A stretch of 64,000 nt of DNA from NCBI GenBank assembly GCA_964016885.1, contig OZ024742.1, positions 319,920,001 to 319,984,000 on the forward strand, read 5' to 3'. The stretch is from Eledone cirrhosa (lineage: Eukaryota). The position numbers were made by a program, and so were the translations under genes. The notes under the pieces are model-generated. The model was not told where the DNA came from and searched no databases. It worked only from the letters and a program-made list of their open reading frames with translations. Below, piece after piece: positions 50,464 through 64,000 of the stretch (within the stretch, counting starts at the first letter, position 1; the number at the start of each line of letters is the position of its first letter).

Positions 50464-50570
<107 letters not shown>

Positions 50571-50966
50571 GTATATATACATATATATATGTATATGTAT
50601 ATGTATATATATTCTATGTATATGAGAGTGTATGTGTGTGAGTGTGTGTTTATGCCGCACACACACTGTCATCCGTGCACATATAACGTATATATGTCAA
50701 CGTGCAAGCTTCTAAGCGGTCGCTTGACATGCTGGAAATAGCAGCCAAACATACCCAAACAACACATTAGCATCGTGGGAAAGGGCATATTGGATACTAT
50801 ACTCGTATGTTAACTTAAATAGACGCAATGGCCGTGGCTGGAATGCCTTTGATCATATGTCTGTAATGATCTGCTCAATATAACCTGGGGCTTGACCTGG
50901 GGCTAAACAAAATCAACAACAACGCCCATTTCAAAGCATACACTCACATACGCACTGATATATATG

Positions 50967-50997
<31 letters not shown>

Positions 50998-51495
50998 ATA
51001 CACACACACACACACACTTCTGCATATACAGTCATATTGATAGACCTGCTTACTAACACACTGTGTTTATGCATATATTTATACATACATGCATTTATAT
51101 TATATAGAGGCGGATGAGATAGGTACACAGCTTAACATATACACTTATATATATCACACACACATACACACAGACAGACACACACACAGGCACACACACA
51201 TATATATATATATGTATATACCTTTCAATTATATATGCATATGTATATATATATATATATATCGTTATACAAATTACTAGACACACACGCAAAGTCAGAT
51301 ATTCTCATGCAAACAAAAGCGCATAGACATATATTTTACATTCTAGTCTCTTACACTTAGTTAATTACTCATACACACACACATATAACCACACTAACAC
51401 TCACACACACACACATATACACACACACATGCACCACACACTGACACTGACACATGCAAACACACGCATATATATATATATATATATATATGCGA

Positions 51496-51617
<122 letters not shown>

Positions 51618-51769
51618 CACATATATGCACACAGACAAATACACATACACACACACCGAGGTCTCTACTGCCGCATCCCTCACATGCCCATATAAGGTAA
51701 TAATATTCTCTAATAACCTCGGGACAGTACTATGACGACAAGCTGGTCGCTTTAACAGCAGCAGGCACC

Positions 51770-52735
<966 letters not shown>

Positions 52736-52797
52736 ATATTATCTTGAACTTTCAACTTAACCTGCTAAGGCATACGACAATCATTTTAACCACTGCC

Positions 52798-55700
52798 TCA
52801 CAACCACCAACTATACCATTACACAACCATCATCATCACCATCACAACCACCAACTATACCATTACACAACCATCATCACCATCATCACAACCACCAACT
52901 ATACCTTTACACAACCATCATCATCACCATCACAACCACCAACTATACCATTACACAACCATCATCATCACCATCACAACCACCAACTATACCATTACAC
53001 AACCATCATCATCACCATCACAACCACCAACTATACCATTACACAACCATCATCATCACCATCACAACCACCAACTATACCATTACACAACCATCATCAC
53101 CATCATCACAACCACCAACTATACCTTTACACAACCATCATCATCACCATCACAACCACCAACTATACCATTACACAACCATCATCATCACCATCACAAC
53201 CACCAACTATACCATTACACAACCGTCATCACCATCATCACAACCACCAACTATACCTTTACACAACCATCATCATCACCACAACCACCAACTATACCTT
53301 TACACAACCATCATCATCACCACAACCACCAACAATACCTTTATACAACCATCACCATCATCACAATCACCAACTATACCTTTACACAACCATCATCATC
53401 ATCATCACAACCACCAACTAAACTTTTATACAACCATCATCATCATCACAACCACCAATTATACCTTTACACAACCATCATCATCATCACAACCACCAAC
53501 TATACCTTTATACAACCATCACCATCATCACAACCACCAACTATACCTTTATACAACCATCACCATCATCACAACCACCAACTATACCTTTACACAATCA
53601 TCACCATCATCACAACCACCAACTATACCTTTATACAACCATCGTCATCATCACAACCACCAACTATACCTTTACACAACCATCATCATCATCACAACCA
53701 CCAACTATACCTTTATACAACCATCACCATCATCACAACCACCAACTATACCTTTATACAACCATCACCATTATCACAACCACCAACTATACCTTTACAC
53801 AACCATCACCATCATCACAACCACCAACTATACCTTTACACAACCATCACCATCATCACAACCACCAACTATACCTTTACACAACCATCACCATCATCAC
53901 AACCACCAACTATACCTTTATACAACCATCATCATCATCACAACCACCAACTATACCTTTATACAACCATCACCATCATCACAACCACCAACTATACCTT
54001 TATACAACCATCATCATCATCACAACCACCAACTATACCTTTATACAACCATCATCATCATCACAACCACCGACTATACCTTTATACAACCATCATCATC
54101 ATCACAACCACCAACTATACCTTTATACAACCATCACCATCATCACAACCACCAACTATACCTTTATACAACCATCATCATCATCACAACCACCAACTAT
54201 ACCTTTATACAACCATCACCATCATCACAACCACCAACTATACCTTTATACAACCATCACCATCATCACAACCACCAACTATACCTTTATACAACCATCA
54301 TCATCATCACAACCACCAACTATACCTTTATACAACCATCATCATCATCACAACCACCAACTATACCTTTATACAACCATCATCATCATCACAACCACCA
54401 ACTATACCTTTATACAACCATCATCATCATCACAACCACCAACTATACCTTTACACAACCATCATCATCATCACAACCACCAACAATACCTTTATACAAC
54501 CATCACCATCATCACAACCACCAACTATACCTTTACACAACCATCATCATCATCATCACAACCACCAACTAAACTTTTATACAACCATCATCATCATCAC
54601 AACCACCAATTATACCTTTATACAACCATCACCATCATCACAACCACCAACTATACCTTTGTACAACCATCACCATCATCACAACCACCAACTATACGTT
54701 TATACAACCATCACCATCATCACAACCACCAACTATACCTTTATACAACCATCACCATCATCACAACCACCAACTATACCTTTATACAACCATCATCATC
54801 ATCACAACCACCAACTATACCTTTATACAACCATCACCATCATCACAACCACCAACTATACCTTTATACAACCATCATCATCATCACAACCACCAACTAT
54901 ACCTTTATACAACCATCATCATCATCACAACCACCAACTATACCTTTATACAACCATCATCATCATCACAACCACCAACTATACCTTTATACAACCATCA
55001 CCATCATCACAACCACCAACTATACCTTTATACAACCATCATCATCATCACAACCACCAACTATACCTTTATACAACCATCATCATCATCACAACCACCA
55101 ACTATACCTTTATACAACCATCATCATCATCACAACCACCAACTATACCTTTATACAACCATCACCTTCATCACAACCACCAACTATACCTTTACACAAC
55201 CATCATCATCATCACAACCACCAACAATACCTTTATACAACCATCACCATCATCACAACCACCAACTATACCTTTACACAACCATCATCATCATCACAAC
55301 CACCAACTATACGTTTATATAACCATCATCATCATCACAACCACCAACTATACCTTTACACAACCATCATCATCATCACAACCACCGACTATACCTTTAT
55401 ACAACCATCATCATCATCACAACCACCAACTATACCTTTATACAACCATCACCATCATCACAACCACCAACTATACCTTTATACAACCATCATCATCATC
55501 ATCACAACCACCAACTATACCTTTATACAACCATCACCATCATCACAACCACCAACTATACCTTTATACAACCATCACCATCATCACAACCACCAACTAT
55601 ACCTTTATACAACCATCATCATCATCACAACCACCAATTATACCTTTATACAACCATCACCATCATCACAACCACCAACTATACCTTTATACAACCATCA

Positions 55701-58700
55701 TCATCATCACAACCACCAACTATACCTTTATACAACCATCATCATCATCACAACCACCAACTATACCTTTATACAACCATCATCATCATCACAACCACCA
55801 ACTATACCTTTACACAACCATCATCATCATCACAACCACCGACTATACCTTTATACAACCATCATCATCATCACAACCACCAACTATACCTTTATACAAC
55901 CATCACCATCATCACAACCACCGACTATACCTTTATACAACCATCATCATCATCACAACCACCAACTATACCTTTATACAACCATCATCATCATCACAAC
56001 CACCAACTATACCTTTACACAACCATCATCATCATCACAACCACCGACTATACCTTTATACAACCATCATCATCATCACAACCACCAACTATACCTTTAT
56101 ACAACCATCACCATCATCACAACCACCGACTATACCTTTATACAACCATCATCATCATCACAACCACCAACTATACCTTTATACAACCATCATCATCATC
56201 ACAACCACCAACTAAACCTTTATACAACCATCACCATCATCACAACCACCAACTATACCTTTATACAACCATCATCATCATCACAACCACCAACTATACC
56301 TTTACACAACCATCATCATCATCACAACCACCGACTATACCTTTATACAACCATCATCATCATCACAACCACCAACTATACCTTTATACAACCATCACCA
56401 TCATCACAACCACCGACTATACCTTTATACAACCATCATCATCATTACAACCACCAACTATACCTTTATACAACCATCATCATCATCACAACCACCAACT
56501 ATACCTTTACACAACCATCATCATCATCACAACCACCGACTATACCTTTATACAACCATCATCATCATCACAACCACCAACTATACCTTTATACAACCAT
56601 CACCATCATCACAACCACCAACTATACCTTTACACAACCATCATCATCATCACAACCACCAACTATACCTTTATACAACCATCACCATCATCACAGCCAC
56701 CAAGAATACCTTTATACAACCATCACCATCATCACAACCACCAACTATACCTTTATACAACCATCATCATCATCATCACAACCACCGACTATAGCTTTAC
56801 ACAACCATCATCATCATCACAACCACCAACTATACCTTTATACAACCATCATCATCATCATCACAACCACCGACTATACATTTACACAACCATCATCATC
56901 ATCACAACCACCAACTATACCTTTACACAACCATCATCATCATCACAACCACCAACTATACCTTTCTACAACCATCATCATCATCACAACCACCAACTAT
57001 ACCTTTACACAACCATCACCATCATCACAACCACCAAGAATACCTTTATACAACCATCACCATCATCACAACCACCAACTATACCTTTATACAACCATCA
57101 TCATCACAACCACCGACTATACCTTTATACAACCATCATCATCATCATCACAACCACCAACTATACCTTTACACAACCATCATCATCATCATCACAACCA
57201 CCGACTATACCTTTACACAACCATCACCATCACCACAACCACCAACTATACCTTTATACAACCATCATCATCACAACCACCAACTATACCTTTATACAAC
57301 CATCATCATCATCATCACAACCACCAACTATACCTTTACACAACCACCATCATCACAACCACCAACTATACCTTTACACAACCATCATCATCATCACAAC
57401 CACCAACTATACCTTTACACAACCATCATCATCATCATCACAACCACCGACTATACCTTTACACAAACATCATCATCATCACAACCACCGACTATACCTT
57501 TACACAACCATCATCATCATCACAACCACCGACTATACCTTTACACAACCATCATCATCATCACAACCACCGACTATACCTTTATACAACCATCATCATC
57601 ATCACAACCACCAACTATACCTTTATACAACCATCATCATCACAACCACCAACTAAACCTTTATACAACCATCATCATCACAACCACCAACTATACCTTT
57701 ACACAACCACCATCATCATCATCACAACCACCAACTATACGTATATACAACCATCATCATCATCACAACCACCGACTATACGTATATAGAACCATCATCA
57801 TCATCACAACCACCGACTATACCTTTACACAACCATCATCATCATCACAACCACCAATTATACCTTTACACAACCATCACCATCATCACAACCACCAACT
57901 ATACCTTTATACAACCATCACCATCATCACAACCACCGACTATACATTTACGCAACCATCATCATCATCACAACCACCGACTATACCATTACACAACCAT
58001 CACCATCATCACAACCACCAACTATACCTTTATACAACCATCATCATCATCACAACCACCGACTATACATTTACACAACCATCATCATCATCACAACCAC
58101 CAACTATACCTTTACACAACCGTCATCATCATCACAACTACCGACTATACCTTTATACAACCATCACCATCATCACAACCACCAACTATACCTTTACACA
58201 ACCATCATCATCATCACAACCACCAACTATACCTTTACACAACCATCATCATCATCACAACCACCAACTATACCTTTACACAACCATCATCATCATCACA
58301 ACCACCAACTATACCTTTACACAACCATCACCATCATCACAACCACCAACTATACCTTTACACAACCATCATCGTCATCACAACCACCAACTATACCTTT
58401 ATACAACCATCATCATCATCACAACCACCAACTATACCTTTACACAACCATCACCATCATCACAACCACCAACTATACCTTTATACAACCATCACCATCA
58501 TCACAACCACCGACTATACATTTACGCAACCATCATCATCATCACAACCACCGACTATACCATTAAACAACCATCACCATCATCACAACCACCAACTATA
58601 CCTTTATACAACCATCATCATCATCACAACCACCGACTATACCTTTACACAACCATCATCATCATCACAACCACCAACTATACCTTTACACAACCGTCAT

Positions 58701-61700
58701 CATCATCACAACTACCGACTATACCTTTATACAACCATCACCATCATCACAACCACCAACTATACCTTTACACAACCATCATCATCATCACAACCACCAA
58801 CTATACCTTTACACAACCATCATCATCATCACAACCACCAACTATACCTTTACACAACCATCATCATCATCACAACCACCAACTATACCTTTACACAACC
58901 ATCATCGTCATCACAACCACCAACTATACCTTTATACAACCATCATCATCATCACAACCACCGACTATACCTTTATACAACCATCATCATCACAACCACC
59001 AACTATACCTTTATACAACCATCACCATCATCACAACTACCAACAATACCTTTACACAACCATCATCATCATCACAACCACCAACTATACCTTTATACAA
59101 CCATCATCATCATCACAACCACCAACTATACCTTTATACAACCATCACCATCATCACAACCACCAACTATACCTTTATACAACCATCATCATCATCACAA
59201 CCACCAACTATACCTTTATACAACCATCACCATCATCACAACCACCAACTATACCTTTATACAACCATCATCATCATCACAACCACCAACTATACCTTTA
59301 TACAACCATCATCATCATCACAACCACCAACTATACCTTTATACAACCATCACCATCATCACAACCACCAACTATACCTTTATACAACCATCACCATCAT
59401 CACAACCACCAACTATACCTTTATACAACCATCACCATCATCACAACCACCAACTATACCTTTATACAACCATCACCATCATCACAACCACCAACTATAC
59501 CTTTATACAACCATCATCATCATCACAACCACCAACTATACCTTTATACAACCATCACCATCATCACAACCACCAACTATACCTTTATACAACCATCACC
59601 ATCATCACAACCACCAATTATACCTTTATACAACCATCATCATCATCACAACCACCAACTATACCTTTATACAACCATCACCATCATCACAACCACCGAA
59701 TATACCTTTACACAACCATCATCATCATCACAAACACCAACTATACCTTTACACAACCATCATCATCATCACAACCACCAATTATACCTTTACACAAACA
59801 TCACCATCATCACAACCACCAATTATACCTTTACACAACCATCACCATCATCACAACCACCAACAATACCTTTACACAACCATCACCATCATCACAACCA
59901 CCAACTATACCTTTACACAACCATCATCATCATCACAACCACCAACTATACCTTTATACAACCATCATCATCATTACAACCACCAACTATACCTTTATAC
60001 AACCATCACCATCATCACAACCACCAACTATACCTTTATACAACCATCACCATCATCACAACCAACAACTATACCTATATACGACCATCATCATCATCAT
60101 CACAACCACCAACTACACCTTTATACAACCATCACCATCATCACAACCACCAATTATACCCTTACACAACCATCACCCTCATCACAACCACCAACTACAC
60201 CTTTACACAACCATCATCATCATCACAACCACCAAGTATACCTTTACACAACCATCATCATCATCACAACCACCGACTATACCTTTATACAACCATCATC
60301 ATCATCACAACCACCAACTATACCTTTATACAACCATCACCATCATCACAACCACCAATTATACCCTTACACAACCATCACCCTCATCACAACCACCAAC
60401 TACACCTTTACACAACCATCATCATCATCACAACCACCAAGTATACCTTTACACAACCATCATCATCATCACAACCACCGACTATACCTTTATACAACCA
60501 TCATCATCATCACAACCACCAACTATACCTTTATACAACCATCATCATCATCACAATCACCAACTATACCTTTATACAACCACAATCATCATCACAATCA
60601 CCAAGAATACATTTACACAACCATCATCATCATCACAACCACCAATTATACCTTTATACAACCATCACCATCATCACAACCACCAACTATACCTTTACAC
60701 AACCATCATCATCATCACAACCACCAACTATACCTTTATACAAACATCACCGTCATCACAACCACCAACTATACCTTTATACAACCATCATCACCATCAC
60801 AACCACCAACTATACCTTTACACAACCATCATCACCATCACAACCACCAACTATACCTTTACACAACCATCACCATCATCATCACAACCACCGACTATAC
60901 CTTTATACAACCATCATCATCACAACCACCAACTATACCTTTACACAACCATCACCATCATCACAACCACTAACTATACCTTTACACAACCATCACCATC
61001 ATCACAACCACCAACTATACCTTTACACAACCATCACCATGAATCACAACCACCAACTATACCTTTACACAACCATCACCATCATCACAACCACCAACTA
61101 TACCTTTACACAACCATCACCATCATCACAACCACCGACTATACCTTTACACAACCATCACCATCATCACAACCACCAACTATACCTTTATACAACCATC
61201 ATCATCATCACAACCACCAACTATACCTTTACACAACCATCATCATCATCACAACCACCAACTATACCTTTACACAACCATCATCATCATCACAACCACC
61301 AACAATACCTTTACACAAACATCATCGTCATCACAACCACCAACTATACCTTTATACAACCATCATCATCATCACAACCACCAACAATACCTTTACACAA
61401 CCATCATCATCATCACAACCACCAACTATACCTTTACACAACCATCTTCATCATCACAACCACCAACTATACCTTTATACAACCATCACCATCATCACAA
61501 CCACCAACTATACCTTTATACAACCATCACCATCATCACAACCACCAACTATACCTTTACACAACCATCACCATCACCACAACCACCAACTATACCTTTA
61601 CACAACCATCATCATCATCACAACCACCAACTATACCTTTATACAACCATCACCATCATCACAACCACCAACTATACCTTTACACAACCATCATCATCAT

Positions 61701-64000
61701 CACAACCACCAATTATACCTTTATACAACCATCATCATCACATCCACCAACTATACCTTTACACAACCATCATCGTCATCACAACCACCAACTATACCTT
61801 TACACAACCATCATCGTCATCACAACCACCAACTATACCTTTACACAACCATCACCATCACCACAACCACCAACTATACCTTTACACAACCATCACCATC
61901 ATCACAACCACAAACTATACCTTTACACAACCATCACCATCATAACCACCAACTATACCTTTATACAACCATCATCATCACAACCACCAACTATACCTTT
62001 ACACAACCATCACCATCATCACAACCACCAACTATACCTTTACACAACCATCACCATCATCACAACCACCAACTATACCTTTATACAACCATCACCATCA
62101 TCACAACCACCAACTATACCTTTATACAACCATCATCATCACAACCACCAACTATACCTTTACACAACCATCATCATCACAACCACCAACTATACCTTTA
62201 TACAACCATCACCATCGTCACAACCACCAACTATACCTTTACACAACCATCACCATCATCACAACCACCAACTATACCTTTATACAACCATCATCATCAC
62301 AACCACCAACTATACCTTTATACAACCATCATCATCACAACCACCAACTACACCTTTACACAACCATCACCATCATCACAACCACCAACTATACATTTAT
62401 ACAACCATCATCATCACAACCACCAACTATACCTTTACACAACCATCACCATCATCACAACCACCAACTATACCTTTATACAACCATCATCATCACAACC
62501 ACCAACTATACCTTTATACAACCATCATCATCACAACCACCAACTACACCTTTACACAACCATCACCATCATCACAACCACCAACTATACATTTATACAA
62601 CCATCATCATCACAACCACCAACTACACCTTTACACAACCATCACCATCATCACAACAACCAACTATACATTTATACAACCATCATCATCACAACCACCA
62701 ACTATACCTTTATACAACCATCATCATCACAACCACCAACTATACCTTTATACAACCATCATCATCACAACCACCAACTATACTTTACACAACCATCACC
62801 ATCATCACAACCACCAACTATACATTTATACAACCATCATCATCACAACCACCAACTATACCTTTATACAACCATCATCATCACAACCACCAACTATACC
62901 TTTACACAACCATCACCATCATCACAACCACCAACTATACCTTTATACAACCATCATCATCACAACCACCAACTATACCTTTATACAACCATCATCATCA
63001 CAACCACCAACTACACCTTTACACAACCATCACCATCATCACAACCACCAACTATACATTTATACAACCATCATCATCACAACCACCAACTACACCTTTA
63101 CACAACCATCACCATCATCACAACCACCAACTATACATTTATACAACCATCATCATCACAACCACCAACTATACCTTTATACAACCATCATCATCACAAC
63201 CACCAACTATACCTTTATACAACCATCATCACCACAACCACCATCTATACCTTTACACAACCATCATCATCATCATCACAACCACCATCTATACCTTTAC
63301 ACAACCATCATCATCATCACAACTACCAACAATACCTTTACACAACCATCATCATCATCACAACCACCAACTACACCTTTACACAACCATCACCATCATC
63401 ACAACCACCAACTATACATTTATACAACCATCATCATCACAACCACCAACTACACCTTTACACAACCATCACCATCATCACAACCACCAACTATACATTT
63501 ATACAACCATCATCATCACAACCACCAACTATACCTTTATACAACCATCATCATCACAACCACCAACTATACCTTTATACAACCATCATCACCACAACCA
63601 CCATCTATACCTTTACACAACCATCATCATCATCATCACAACCACCATCTATACCTTTACACAACCATCATCATCATCACAACTACCAACAATACCTTTA
63701 TACAACCATCATCATCACCACAACCACCAAGAATACCTTTACACATCCATCATCATCATCACCACAACCACCAACTATACCTTTACACAACCATCATCAT
63801 CATCATCACAACCACCAACTATACCTTTACACAACCATCATCATCATCACAACCACCAACTATACCTTTACACAACCATCATCATCATCACAACCACCAA
63901 CTATACCTTTATACAACCATCACCATCATCACAACCACCAACAATACCTTTACACAACCATCATCATCACCACAACCACCAACTATACCTTTACACAACC
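52798..64000. repeat. Satellite array, 41-bp unit ACAACCACCAACTATACCTTTA(T/C)ACAACCATCA(T/C)CATCATC with 38- and 44-bp variants; continues past the window
   Basis: Period of 41 seen for example at 53941 and 53982; variants differ by one CAT triplet; roughly 270 units. Confidence 0.98.

Noticed and set aside
52744-56215. His/Thr/Pro-rich ORFs of 225 and 518 aa
   Set aside because: These are translations of the G-poor satellite, which rarely produces stop codons. There is no coding evidence.
52798-64000. CRISPR-like regular repeat
   Set aside because: There are no unique spacers or cas genes; it is a eukaryotic tandem satellite.

Overview
This is repeat-dense eukaryotic DNA with no recognisable host gene. 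The SINE, RTE and microsatellite content resembles a coleoid cephalopod such as Octopus (an inference). 1-15070 is a head-to-tail chain of four divergent minus-strand Tx1/L1-type LINEs, each joined to the next by a (GATA)n tract. A fifth copy (31716-34443) has an intact 5' end that also abuts (GATA)n. Three related LTR elements end in non-canonical TGTAG...CTAAA termini: a near-intact CsRn1-type Gypsy, a 2.2-kb non-coding derivative and an LTR+PBS remnant. Both complete ones have a GATA target-site duplication. Also present are two maT-type mariner copies (DD37N), Helitron pieces, a Penelope-like remnant, two clear minimal hammerhead ribozymes plus one degenerate one, and a near full-length RTE LINE with a 5' inversion and C-terminal C2H2 fingers. 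A ~610-bp non-autonomous RTE-derived family, tRNA-derived SINEs and small palindromic elements are scattered through 17-50 kb. From ~52800 to the end is an 11-kb G-poor 41-bp satellite with higher-order duplications.
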